A stretch of DNA of 64,000 nucleotides from Octopus sinensis (taxonomy: Eukaryota), in contig NC_043015.1 in the NCBI RefSeq assembly GCF_006345805.1, positions 50,220,001 through 50,284,000 on the forward strand, in the 5' to 3' direction. A program made the translations under genes and the position numbers. The notes beneath the pieces are model-generated. The model searched no databases and was not told the origin of the DNA. It worked only from the letters and a program-made list of their open reading frames with translations. Below are positions 1 to 12,859 of the stretch, piece by piece (within the stretch, counting starts at the first letter, position 1; the number at the start of each line of letters is the position of its first letter).

Positions 1-34
1 TGGAGTTGCAGGATACCTGACACCTGTTCTAAAG
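1..34 (+). CDS. ATG3: ATG3 first coding exon, partial (GVAGYLTPVLK; N-terminal amphipathic helix region)
   Basis: Frame starts at position 2. Donor AAG|gtaaga at 35, phase 0. Confidence 0.9.
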
Positions 35-63
35 GTAAGATAACACAATATATATTGCTACTC

Positions 64-97
<34 letters not shown>

Positions 98-750
98 GTA
101 ATAAATTTCCATTTATCTTGATAGATTTCTTCTTTAATTGATATCATCTGTTGTTAATATTAATTTATTATCAATATTTAAAAAGATCTGACTGATTATC
201 CCCCAGTAAATATTCTTGCATCGAAGTGAATATTTTATTGGTTGTTTCTGTAGAATTTTAAGGTTCGCCTTTTTTTCCCAGCCAACGTGGCAAGAACCAC
301 AGAGCGAAAACCATTTTAGAAGTGATGATGGTTAATTATATAATTTTGGTGAAGATAATTTGGGATTTCTCTCATCTTAGTCAACTTGTAGCTTTCAGGG
401 CCAGTTTTGACATCTAATGATGTCTGAAATTATTCTGATATCAACAGTTAACTGTTATCGGAAACCTTTTCCCGGAGTCTGTCTACTGACATTCTTCACC
501 TGACGTTGTAACAACCCTGAACGAATCCAGGAAATATAAATCAGACAGAAGAAAAAAAACAAATCACTAGAAAAAGTTAGAACACAACCACACATATGTT
601 CGTGTGTACATATGTGTCTATATATATATGTTATATATATATATATATTGGTAAAAACGGTAAGATAACAAAAGAAAGAAAGAGACCTCAATATTATGTA
701 AATAGAGGAAATTTATCTATAAAATAATATGTTACATTACTCAATAGTCA

Positions 751-813
751 AGATAAAACTCTGAGTTTCAGATGCCGAAGTGGAAATCCACAACACCATC
801 TCTTCGGTTATCT
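751..813 (-). ncRNA. Candidate minimal type I hammerhead ribozyme in a (TA)n-flanked ~165-bp element (651-816)
   Basis: Stem I AGAUAA/UUAUCU; core CCGAAGA (U4C); stem II GAUG/CAUC; extra U; GAA; stem III ACUC-A-GAGU; GUU cleavage triplet. Confidence 0.5.
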
Positions 814-3800
814 GGCTATATATATATATATATATAGATGTGTATCATAGGTGAGTCAAAGATCTAGGGGTCGTGCCAAAGCATTTATCAAAAACTTCGG
901 CACGAAACCTTCAGGTCTTCAGTCACTACACACATATCATGTAGGTGGGTCTATGTCTCGCCTACATGTAACACTATATATATATATATTGTATTATCAT
1001 TACTTACAATTCATTTATTGTCAGTCAATAAACGACATCAAATATTTTGAACAACAACATTAGTACTATTTGTTTTGTTGGAAGTTATGGTTAATTTAAA
1101 ACACTTATTCATCTTATTAACAACCTTTAACCCTAATTGTTCATTACATTAAAAAAAAATTGCTAATTTTTTCCTAGCCCAAATTATAATTTCTCTTTCC
1201 TTCTGTTGATTCCTTGACATATATACATATATAGCTGGCTCCTTGATTTGACAGAAATGTATCGTTTACTAGGTCCACACTGAGGTCCTTTACTAAGGCA
1301 GTATGCGAACCCGTACCTCTTAGCTCCAAGAAGATGCTAATTTCATTAACTTCACAGAAAGTTTCTGTTGGTTTCTGAACGAGAAAAATTTCCTCATAGC
1401 TTCATCCATTCGCAATTTCTAAACCCCTGTTAATTAAACATCTGTTAATTAGGTACCCTATTTAAAGTGCTTGTTACTCGAAAATCAATGACGTAGGCAC
1501 TTATAGTAGTCGGGTCTTCATTTCTTTGTATTTCTGTTATTTTTCTTCTTTTCGGTTGTTAATTAGAAAGATAACTCTTCGTTTAATTCCCTAATGGCTT
1601 GCTTTCTTGTATGTCAAGTTCTGTACGGATACGTAACCAAGAAACTGTGAATCCCTGGGTAGAAATGATTGAGTTTCTTTCTTCTATGGTTCAGTGATTA
1701 CAGATTTACACCTCACTAACATATTATGTTAATGTGTTTTGAGGGAAACCGAATTTTGTCCCCCCCTCCACCTCTCTCTTTCAAGCTCCGAGCAAGGTGG
1801 TTGCTTTGTAAGACCCGTCCAGGTATGAATGGCTCGCATTTTCCGATCGATTCTGCGTGCGTTGTCAAATTAGAAGTCACCATAACGAAAAAACGGTGGA
1901 CAGGATAGATACATAATATCTAATAGTGTTGTCCCCCCAGTGAGATATATACTGATAATAAATACTGACAAATCGAAGGTAGATATCGATAATAAATCAA
2001 ATATTTAATCACTTCAAATACAGGCTGTCCGATAAACGGTATCGTATTAGTGTTAGATAGCACCTCATATTGCTACATAATCAATCGTAACACTACATTC
2101 AAATTTAAATTGACCAGGTTTCGTATTTCAAAATGCTATTTTATCAATTTTTTATTTTAGTATCCTAAAATGTATAAACAAATATTATAGAGCATTAAGT
2201 AAAAGCCATCAACTATTTTTTTGCAAATGTTTTCATGATCAAACCGGCTCTAAACCATTTCTATCGGTCGCTAATTAGTTGGACGGGCAGGTTGTCTCCA
2301 CCTAAAATAACTTAACATGTCACACACATACACACACGCCAACGTAGTTGATCGACCTGCTAGAAATAGGAACCAACTTTACCTGGAATAACACTATTCA
2401 AGGAAATGAAAGGACACATTAGATGAGGCATAGATAGACTCGCAGAAAGATGAGATCGATACGGGTAGAAGGCTTTGTATCAAAGGCCTGCTCTCTCAAA
2501 GGTGTCCTGCGGCTAAATATTTGTCACAGGTACTTACGTGGTCGTTCGTCCTACTAGAAACAACCGCCAAATCTCCTACTGTGTTAAGAAGGACGGTTAC
2601 TTTGTGCGGTAAAGTTCTACATATTAAAACAAAAGATGAAGTGGTCACAGCTGGGACGCCTCTGAAGTCTGCTCATTCAGGTCTGACTTACAGGTAAACA
2701 ATAACATCCACCAGAGACAAACCAGCTAAGGAGGCTTTTCGTTAAGTGTTAGAAACATTTTTAAGGCCCAGGATCGCTTTGCAAGTGTATAAATACATGT
2801 TGGGGTGCATGTTAATGTACCCCCACAGATTCTTATGCCCTTGTACATACTGGTTAGGTTTCATTGAATCATTTTTGGTCTTGAGACTTGAACAGTTTTT
2901 CCTATGGGTTTTTATTCTGTAAACATCATCAGCTACCGGTTTTGAATTTGAATTGCGCATGAAGATGGGCGCCTAGAAATAGCAGTTTAATTATCCTTAA
3001 ATGACATCCTACCATTTTAAATTTAGAAGGACGCATTGGACAATGTAATGTACACAGTAATAAAGGAGGTGGATCGTTAATAAAGGATCGTTGCTGCTGG
3101 AATACATTTAATCACAGATCTGCTCAGTCAAGGTTCGCTAAACAGCTAGAGCAATGCCCGTCACAGAATCGTAGGAAACCCGCCTTTTTCTTTCTTCTTT
3201 TTCTTGTTGAGTCTGGGAGGAAAAAGCAGTGTCCGTGGTCTTTGCAGGTTGTCGTACTCCAGTGAGGTTGATGTCATTACTGTTCCTCTCGAACCTTTTG
3301 TAAGCCAACACCTGCAGGAAAAATCCCAGGGGACCAACGTATTGCGAAGGATTGAGTGTAGTGGGTAGTGCGGGGCTTGGTGGGGGGCTCGACTACTGCA
3401 ACAAAGGGTGATGAGAGGAGGAGAGGCGTGTGGGTAGGGAGTGGTTGAGTGGAGGTAGCTTAGGCCTAGTCGACTCCAAGGAGCAGAGGCCATTAGTGTA
3501 GTAGTAGTAGTAGTATGCCAAATCAGACTGGAACCTGGTGCAGCTTTCTGGCTTACCAGTTCCAGTGAAACGATCTAACCCATGCCAGCATGGAGAGTGG
3601 ATGTTAAATGATGATGATAATGATGGACAAGCAGAGGGGATAGAATGTCTGCGAGTTAGAGGCTGGAACATATCTGCGAGTGTTTTTTTATTTTTTTTAT
3701 GTCAGTCAGTTGCGCAACCCTTTTCTAGATGTGGAGCACTGTTTCTCCATGTGTGCTGCAGAAATACTACCCTATGATGTGAGAACAACACTTCATTTGA

Positions 3801-4469
3801 GGTCCTCAGCTCAGCTTTGTAGAGTAACAATAATTGTTGGGAGCTGAAATACCTTCTAGCCCCGAAGAGAAGGACTAGTTGTTGGTATAAGTCATCATGA
3901 TCGTTTAACGTCCGTTTTCTATGCTGGCATGGGTTAGACGGTTCGACTGGGGTGTGGGAAGCCAGGAGGCTGCACCAGGCCCCAATCTGATCTGGCAGTG
4001 TTTCTACAGCTGGATGCCCTTCCTAATGCCAACCACTCCGAGAGGGGCCAGAGGAGCTGCCATCGACCGCGATCGGATGGTGCTTTTTACATTCACTGGT
4101 ATGGAAGCCAGTCAAGGTGGTGCTGGCATCGGTAAGTCTCAACAACATTAAAATTGTGCTTTTGCCAGGAGAGATCCTTAATGATAATGAGACCCTCACA
4201 GTTGGAACCATATTGGGGCCTCTAGCTGATCAATGAAGAGTGTGCAATGGTGTTTTGTTAATATGAGTAATATGGTTTTTGTTGCTACTGAAAGAGACAA
4301 GATTGGTAGAACTCAGTTTGACATTTTCATTAATGGAATTGGTGTGGATTTGGTGTAGCATGCCTAGGTTGCTAGGAGAATGATGCAGGGTGCGGAAATG
4401 TTAGGTGAGAATGAAAGATAACAGTGTCTGTGTAAGTGGGTTTTGTTGGGGGTAGCAAGCAAGTCAGCC

Positions 4470-4710
4470 ATTAATGCATGGCAAGAAGGGAGTGGGTGAC
4501 CAGACCAAACCAAACCCTAGGACACGATAGAATTGGTAGGATGAAGAACTGAAAGAGTTCCATCACCATATGCAGCAGTGGAGTGATCTGATTGGAAGCT
4601 ACAGATTCAGAAGTTACAGGATGGATGGAACTTATCAACAGACAGTTTTGGTGAAAGATTCACATGCCAGACATAGTTGAAAGCTTTGTTGATGTGGGTT
4701 TACAACAACA
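4470..4710 (-). mobile_element. Highly decayed Jockey/CR1-type reverse transcriptase remnant
   Basis: Reverse strand reads HINKAFNYVWHVNLSPKL...SFQSDHS...GTLSVLHP, then a degenerate NS-x-V-x-*-G segment, resembling DISKAFDRVWH...GVPQGS. Confidence 0.5.
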
Positions 4711-4822
4711 TTCATCATCATCATCATTATTATTATTTAACCCATTAGCAATTAAACCAGCCAAATCTGACCCAAATATTCTACCTGTTTGTGTACAAAC
4801 TAGTTAGATCCAGTCTCTCACT

Positions 4823-5470
4823 CATCATCATCATCCTTTAACATCCGCTTTGCACGCTACCATGGGTTGGACGATTTGACTGAGGTCTCGTGAACCAGAT
4901 GGCTGCACCATACTCCAATCTGATATGGCAGAGTTTCTACAGCTGGATGCCCTTCCTAACGCCAACCACTCCAAGAGTGCAGTGAGTGCTTTTATGTGCC
5001 ACCGGCACGAGGGCTAGTCAGGCGGTACTGGCAATGGCCACGCTCAAATGCTGCTTTTTATGTGCCACCTGCACAGGAGCCAGTCCAGCGGCACTGGCAA
5101 TGACCTCGCTTAAATGTTTTTTCACGTGCCACCAGCACAAGTGCTAGTAAGGCGACACAGGTAACGATCACGCTCGAATGGTGTTTTTAACGTGCCATTG
5201 GCACGGAGACTGGCTTGTTGCTCTGGCTACGATCTCACTTGTATGGTACTCTTAGCGCTCCACTAGCATGGATGCCAGTCATCAAATTTGATTTCGATTT
5301 CACTTGCCTCAACAGGTCTTCGCAAGCAGATTTTAGTGTCCACTGAAGGAAAGGCACGCATAAGTGGACTGGCTACACCCCTGGCATAGGCCACAAGCAC
5401 AGCATATTTCCAGAGGTCATTGCCTCTGTGAGGCCCAATGTTCGAAGGTCATGCTTCACCACCTCATCCC
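4823..5470 (-). mobile_element. RTE-clade LINE 3' end (ORF C-terminus, 3' UTR and (GAT)n tail)
   Basis: Reads DEVVKHDLRTLGLTEAMT...WKYAV, then the modular GGCACGTAAAAAGCAC 3' UTR ending GGACGTTAAA(GAT)n. Related 3'-UTR copies lie at about 3510-3620, 3895-4135, 9865-10035, 15270-15450, 18062-18382, 23940-24157, 34310-34683, 36385-36680, 40215-40669 and 46380-46580. Confidence 0.8.
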
Positions 5471-5592
5471 TACAATGTCAGTCTAAAAATAAACAATCAC
5501 ATCATTGAAATCATGAAGCTAAAATATAATGCAGGATTAATTCAAAACAATGTGAATAAATAAGCATTGCATTTGACAGTAATCTGGTGAAG

Positions 5593-5908
5593 GTACATGG
5601 CTCAGTGGGTAGTGTTGGGTTCACAATCATACAGTAGTGAATTTGACTCCTGGACCAGGCTGTGTTGCGTTCTTGAGCAAGACACTTCATTTTACATTGT
5701 TTCAGGTCATTCATCTGTAGAAATAAGTTGCGATATCACTGTATCGGCCTTTGTCTTTTCCCTTGGATAACATCGGTCGCATGGAGTGGGGAGGCTGGTA
5801 TGCATGGGGGACTACTGGTCTTCCATAAACAACCTTTCCCAGACTTGAACTTCGGAGGGGAACATTCTAAGTGCAATCCCATGGTCATTCATAACTAAAG
5901 GAAGTCTT
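5593..5908 (+). mobile_element. Decayed tRNA-derived SINE family E
   Basis: A-box-like TGGCTCAGTGG and B-box-like GAATTTGACTCC. The tail (...GCAATCCCATGGTCATTCATGACCGAAGG...) recurs twice in tandem at about 22935-23180. Confidence 0.65.
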
Positions 5909-7726
5909 AATTAATGACTGTAATCTGAATGCTAAAGGGTTAATGTCTGCTCTCCATGTTGGCATGGATGGGTTGGATGGTTTGACGGAATCAAATGAGC
6001 CTCAGACCCACATTGTCTTCCATGTCAACTTCGACATGGTTTCTACTGCTAGGGGCCCTTCCTAATGTCAGTCATTATTTTTACCAAATTTCTCCAACTC
6101 AAGAGCCTTGCTGGTGGGTCACAGAGGAGAGTGGGCCATCATTGGATCTGATTTTATGGAAACTGTACTGATGGTCATTGAGAAGAAAGAAAGTGTGAGA
6201 GACAGAAAGAGATTCTTGGTTTTGGAAGATGCCATTGTTTACAGCTGCCTCTATTACATTGGAAACATTAACATTGTGATAGCTTAAAATTTGACATAAA
6301 TTTTACCCTCTTTACCTTTATATTCTTTTAAAAATATTATCTTTAACCAGACAATTTAACTGTGGTCATCAGAGGAGAACCAATGTTATCTCCCATCTGA
6401 GTAGAGTTTGGGGCAGAGACTGCTGTCCGCAAGTGTAACCCCTGTAAGTCAGAATGGCTGTTCTTGCGCATCTTCCTTGCTGTCTTCCAGGACAATGCCT
6501 TTTCCATTTTTGTCTGCTCGTACTGTGAAAAATGTTTTTATATTGTGAGAGGCAAGACTGTCTGTATTTGGGTAAGAGAAATGACAGATGGGAAAAAGAA
6601 ACTGTCATGGTATCGGTTGCTCTCTGACAGGTTTATGGTCGAGCCTGTAGCAGTTGAGACATCCAGCATTCTTGACCCCTGGACCATATCCCTGTTCTCC
6701 ACTATTGGGGAAGAGATTGCTGTGAGTCAAAGTGGCTGTTCCTGAGACTCATTCTGGCTATCATCCAAACCAACACCTTTTCCATTTTGTCAGCTGGTGC
6801 CATGAGAAATGTTTCTATATTGTGAGAGGTATCATTTTTTTTTTTAAAGATCAAAGTCTATGTCTTACCATTTCTTCAAATTCCATATAAAATTTTTATG
6901 AATTAACAAGGGAGCCTATATGTGATCATGCAACCTGCAAGAAATAGCAGCAAAACTCCCTTATATCACATTTAACCATCTTAAAATAAGTGTATCCGTT
7001 GTTTTAAGTGTAGTCCTATGTAGATGATGGTTAATTTTGAAACAAATAAACTGTCTGTCCATCTCCGCCCATGATTCTTAGGATAGTCCTCAGGCACCTC
7101 CTATCAGAAGCGACTGTCATTAGATTTTTTTGGTTGGATTCCCGAGTGCGATCAACAAAATTTATGGATACTATCCAGCTATATTGTTCTCGGTCTAAAT
7201 TGTAGAGTTATTAAATAATAAATAATATTATTTCTGTTTTAGCACAAAAAAAAAAAGAATGAAAGAAAAACGCCTACAAATTTAAAGCTTAGGGACTTGG
7301 TTGATTATATTGACCTCAATATTAACAATTTATTGACTCCACAGACAGGAAATATAATTAATAAATAATAACGAAAATTGTAAAAGTTCAAATTGGAATG
7401 TTTGGAATTGAGAGAATGATTTCAGAAGAAAGAAAAAAAAAAATTAGAGTTTCCATTTTATTTTTATTGAAATTGTGTGGATTTGCAAATCATGATAAAT
7501 TGATAAGTTTAATGATTAACAATCTGCTGTTCATTTTCTGATTAGGAAAGTCTAAAAAAAAGCACTATCTAGTAAGATAGTATTTAAACTTTGTAGAACA
7601 AATGAGGTAGAGAGAGAGAGAGAATGATAATTAGGTTATATAAGATATTTCTATGAATTTTGACTTTTTATTGCTGTGAATCATTCTTCTACTCTGTTAT
7701 TAATTGTTTTGTTTTGTCTTTGGCAG

Positions 7727-7768
7727 GAATCCAAATTCAAAGAAACTGGCGTTGTAACTCCTGAAGAG
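7727..7768 (+). CDS. ATG3: ATG3 exon 2 (ESKFKETGVVTPEE)
   Basis: ttggcag acceptor, 42 nt, GAG|gttagt donor. Confidence 0.97.
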
Positions 7769-7957
7769 GTTAGTATTTTACAGGCATTTGTCGCTTTAAT
7801 AATGCTCTCTGTGTTCCACTGCAAAACTTATCTGGGGAATTCTGAGATGTTTGTATTTGCTTGTGTAGCTTTACGGAGGCTACACAAAGAAAGACCAGGG
7901 TGTGTGTACCCGTAAGAGTATGGAAGAGAAATTACAGCAGCACGTGAGGTTTTGTCA

Positions 7958-8421
7958 CCTGTGCTGGTGGCACATAAAAGGCACCTGTGCTGGTGACATG
8001 TAAAAGGCACTTGTGTCTGTGACACATGCATGAAAGGCATGTATGTTTGTGACATGTAAAAGGGGCACGCATGTTTGTGACATGTAAATGGAGTGTGCAT
8101 GTCTGTGACACGTAAAAGGGGCACATATGCCTATGACACATAAAAGGGGCACACATGCCTATGACACGTAAAAGGGGCACACATGCCTGTGACACGTAAA
8201 AGGGGCACACATGCCTGTGACATGTAAAAGCGGCACACGTGTTTGTGACATGTAAATGGGGTGTGCATGTCTGTGACACATAAAAGGGGCACCTGTGACT
8301 GTGACATGGAAACAGCATCCATCTTGGTGACATGTAAGCAGCACCCGTCTTGGTGATATGTAAGCAGATCCTGTCTCGGCGACACATATAAGGCCCCCAT
8401 ATTGGTGACATGTAAACTGCA
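7958..8421. repeat. 26-28-bp minisatellite, about 17 units (CACATGCCTGTGACACGTAAAAGGGGCA)
   Basis: Read directly. It runs into a decayed RTE 3' tail at 8422-8580. Confidence 0.9.
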
Positions 8422-8892
8422 CCCAGTACACTCTGGAGTGGTTAGGGTTAGGAATGACATCCTATCAGAGAAACCAAGCCAAAACTGGCTGGAGCTTGGT
8501 GTAGCTCTGGCTTACCAGCTGCAGCCAAACCATCTTACTCATGCTAGAATGGAAAACAGATGATAAATGATGAAGATGTTGACTGAAACTGTGAAATAAT
8601 CATAACCAACTTCTTTTCAATGGTGCATCTCTCATCAGGTTTAGTTGATAGTATTTTGTTTGGTATATTCCAGCATGGAAAACAGGCATTAAATGATGGT
8701 GACGTTTACTCTTCTACTTGTTTCAGTCATTTGACTGTGGTCATGCTCCAGCATGGCCACAAGTCGATCCCAGGACTTATTCTTTGTAAGCTTAGTACTT
8801 ATTCTATCGGTCTCTTTTGCCAAACTGTTAAGTTACGGGGACGTAAACACACCAGCATTGGTTGTCAAGCGATGTTGGGGGGACAAACACAG

Positions 8893-9597
8893 ACACACAA
8901 ACATACACACACAAACATACACACACAGACATACACACACAGACATACACACACAGACATACACACACAGACATACACACACAGACATACACACACAAAC
9001 ATACACACACAGACATACACACACAGACATACACACACAGACATACACACACAGACACACACACACAGACACACACACACAGACACACACACACAGACAT
9101 ACACACACAGACATACACACACAGACATACACACACAGACATACACACACAGACATACACACACAGACATACACACACACACAGACATACACACACACAC
9201 AGACATACACACACACAGACATACACACACAGACACACACACAGACACACACACACAGACACACACACACACAGACACACACACACAGACACACACACAC
9301 AGACATACACACACAGACATACACACACAGACATACACACACAGACATACACACACAGACATACACACACAGACATACACACACAGACATACACACACAG
9401 ACATACACACACAGACATACACACACAAACATACACACACAAACATACACACACAAACATACACACACAAACATACACACACAGACATACACACACAGAC
9501 CACAGACACACAGACACACAGACACACAAACATACACACAGACACACAAACATACACACACATACACACACATATACATAACATATACATATATACG
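8893..9597. repeat. ~700-bp compound (ACACACAGACAT)n/(CA)n microsatellite inside a SINE A copy
   Basis: Dominant 12-mer unit, flanked on both sides by SINE A sequence. Confidence 0.95.
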
Positions 9598-12351
9598 ATG
9601 GGCTTCTTTCAGTTTCCATCTACCAAATCCACTCACAAGGCTTTGGCCAGCCCGAGGCTATAGTAGAAGACACTTGCCCAAGGTACCATGTGGTTGGGAA
9701 GCAAGGTACTTACCACACAGCCCTTCCTATGCCTAAAAAATAACATTAAAAAGCCTTTTTGAAGATGTTGTTTGGACTAAATATATTTGTTTCTGGTTTG
9801 CACAAGGCCAGCAATTTTGAAAGAGTGATTTTAGTTAATGCCATCAGCCTCAGTCCTTGACTCATCATCATCATCTTCATTGTCGTCGTTTAACGTCCGT
9901 TTTCCATGCTGGCATGGGTGGGAAGGTTTGACTGAGGACTGGCAAGCCAGAAGGCTGCACCAGGGTTTCTACAGCTCGATGCCCTTCCTAACGCCAACCA
10001 CTCCGAGAGTGTAGTGGGTGCTTTTTACATGCCACAAGCACGAGGGCCAGTCACGTGGTACTGGCATTGACTGTTACTTTATCTTATGAAGCTCAGCATG
10101 TGAAGGGCAAAGCCAACCTTGGTGATACTAGAACAGTAAATATAAAGAATCGATGTAGTTTGGTTCTTGATATTCTTTACTCTCTCAGCATAGCATTTTG
10201 TCCAACCCTTTCACAACTCAACTATTTCTCTGCCCTTCCAAATATAATTCTTTAAAATTTTGGCACAAGGCCCACAATTTCAAAGTTTCAGTCGATTACA
10301 ATGACCCTAGTACTTGACTGCTACTTTAATTTTATTGACCCTCAAAAGGATGAAGGGTAAAATTGACCTTGGTGGTATTTGACCTCGGAACGTAAAACAA
10401 GTCAAGAAATGTCACTGAGCGCTTTGTTCAAAACTGTAGCGATTCTGCCTGCTTGTTGCCACCATCACACAATGAATTATCCATCGTCTGTTTTATGGCA
10501 AGCATAAAATGGTACCAAACTATTGTCTGTTTTATGGTATCCAACCATTTCAGAATCTATTCTTCACAAAAGATACATCAACATTGCCAGACACGATAAA
10601 TGGTTATTCTAAGAGAAATAGGTTGACAAACTTTGTTCTAGAATGTGCAAGGGGGTAGAGGAAAGATTCTAAGAATTGTGGTCTTGATCTGAAGCTGTGC
10701 AGAATAAAGAATAGTGGAAGTGAGGATTCAGCTGGGGTCCAGTGGAACTCTGTTCAAAAGCTTTCCAGATTTGACCATCCAATCTTACTCCAAGATACAG
10801 TGAACCAGAACCATGTTATTCAACATGTCATCCTTTTTCGTAATAGAATAGGATGTGATTTCTAAGAAGATTCGGTGCTGCTATTTTTAGCATGTTGGGT
10901 AATCATGCGAAGACTCCCTTGGCTCATGGTACAAATGAATCAAATTTAAGAGGCTTCATGAGCTGTTTGGATCATTTTAGTCTTTTTCTTCTTTGGAATT
11001 GATGGAGAAAGGTTTAAGAACAACTTCATGCATGGGAATTTGTACTGACTGAATTTCTGAATTAGCAGTTTTCTGGCTTCTTTTGATTTCAAACTCTTTT
11101 CTCAGAAGTCATTCAACAGGGCCTTACGATGATGATGATGTTTAATGTTCACTTTTCCATGTTTACATGGATCAGAGGGTATTTATTGATGCAGATTTTC
11201 TGCAGCTGGATGCCCTTCCTGTCACCAACTCTCACTTGTTTGCGAACAAGGTAATATTTCCCCCCGTCCAGATGTGTTTTATGGAAGGCTGCAAATTCAC
11301 ATCACTTCTACGATGGTGATTCTCAATCACAATCATAACACAATGTCAAGGCAAGGGTACACACGTAAATAATATACAATGGGCTTCATCATCATCATCC
11401 AGTGTTTTAAATCTGGGTGACCGGATCTACCTCGATGCCATAGCAACCGAGGTAGGCTGGTGCAGCCCACCCCAATCTTCGGGCTGGCTGGTGCCCATTT
11501 TCCTTTGCTATCAGGAGGCTTTTTTGGCACTGGATTTTCTATGGGGTGCATGCCCTTGCTTACCCCCCAACCTCAGTTTCTAGACATGAATGGTCCCGAG
11601 ACCAAGGCCTCTACCAAGATTTCTAGAAATGCGATGGAAAACTAGCTCAGGAAGGCAGGGACACTATTCCCTGAGACCCCTTTTGGAGCTCCCCTGCTTT
11701 CGTCTTGTAGTTTCCATTTACCAAATCCACTTAGAAGGCCTGGGGCTTTTGTAGAAGATGCTTACCCAAAGTGGGACTGAACCTGAGACCTCATGGTTGA
11801 GAAGCAAGCCAAGCTTTTCAATCACACAGTCACATATGCATTGAATTGCATAATTGTGAGAAGATGGGGAAATTTCAGAAACAAGCCATATTCTCTCCTT
11901 TCAAAAGGTTGACTGAATGAAAGGCCTCTAGTCTTCAAACTTCAGGAGGTTCAAGACTGGCCCTTTAGTAAAACTATTTATATTACTGTTATAGTTGGGG
12001 ATGGTCATATTTTTGCCAATTAACCACTTCATTATTATTATTCTTATTTTGATGTCCTTTGTCTGGAAATCTTTCGTTACATGTCCTGTGACCTCTTCAG
12101 TGATTCTCCATCCCATGTGTCTCCTCCTGTTCTGTTTTATCTATTCTGAAGAGGTCACAGGATGTAACAAAGGATTTCACACAAAGAACACACTAAAACA
12201 AGAATAATATTAAAGCTGAAGAGACGAACAATTACAGGTTGTTGTCGACTTACAACCACGATTGGTTCCGACTGACTGGTCATAAGTCGATTTGGTTGCA
12301 AGTCGGCCTATAGGACTACATAGCTTTGTTTTTATATTTTTACATTCTTAA

Positions 12352-12572
12352 CCCTTTCGTTACCAACATGGCTGAAACCAGCTCTGGTTCTGAGTACAAA
12401 TGTCTTGTTTCCATAAGTTCTGAATTAAAATCTTCCACCAAACCTTAGTCACAATTTATGTTCCTAACACTAGCTGAATGATAACTGAGCTATTTTACTA
12501 AATTCTTTGTTATATTTAAAATTAATTGAAAGAAACACAGAGCATCTCAAAATAAGTACAGTAATGAAAGGG
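12352..12572. mobile_element. piggyBac-type MITE, 221 bp
   Basis: TTAA|CCCTTTCGTTAC...GTAATGAAAGGG|TTAA. Near-identical family copies lie in tandem at 39494-39703 and 39735-39954. A related CCCTTTAG...CTAAAGGG family occurs at 25026-25246, about 48245-48462 and about 55780-55995. Confidence 0.88.
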
Positions 12573-12859
12573 TTAAAGTACATTCTCAGGTAAAAGTCAC
12601 ACACCATTCTGTATTATACTACAACAGTGTTATTTGTTTGGAGTCTCAAGCAGTCGTCTAATAAACAAATACGAGGTTTCCTTGATGTCCCCATGACAGG
12701 ATACTCATCCAACACTTGGGATAACCAAACCTAGGGGAAGCGTTTGTCACTCTGCCTGAAATTTGGAAACAATATGCTGTACTGTTTGGCATTTGTGCTG
12801 GAAGCTGTAATACAAACATTTCAGAAAGTTTGGGTGTCAGTCTGAGTACTAAGAGTGAT

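Noticed and set aside
864-925. Hairpin CGTGCCAAAG/CTTCGGCACG followed by GAAACCTTCAGGTC, resembling a hammerhead 3' half with GUC
   Set aside because: The 5' core reads CTAGGGG rather than CTGANGA, and no adjacent stem I pairing exists. At best it is a badly decayed relic.
3161-3493. 110-aa ORF in a GC-rich patch
   Set aside because: No motif or exon boundaries, and adding it to ATG3 is not needed for frame or homology.
6380-6835. GC-balanced block with an internal direct repeat (about 6500-6555 and 6780-6835) and a Cys-x2-Cys-x4-His-like string on the - strand
   Set aside because: The frame is short and interrupted. It may be a LINE ORF1 relic, but the evidence is insufficient.
8620-9736. 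Six long ORFs (up to 347 aa) rich in H/T/Q/Y or C/V
   Set aside because: They are translations of the (CA)-rich microsatellite in all frames, inside a SINE, with no domain or splice support.
12066-12179. Inverted pair of CTGAAGAGGTCAC...GTAAC(G)AAAG motifs
   Set aside because: Core-like, but stem II has a mismatch, stem I is absent in both copies, and one copy has lost the GAA. It is a real short inverted repeat but not supportable as a ribozyme.
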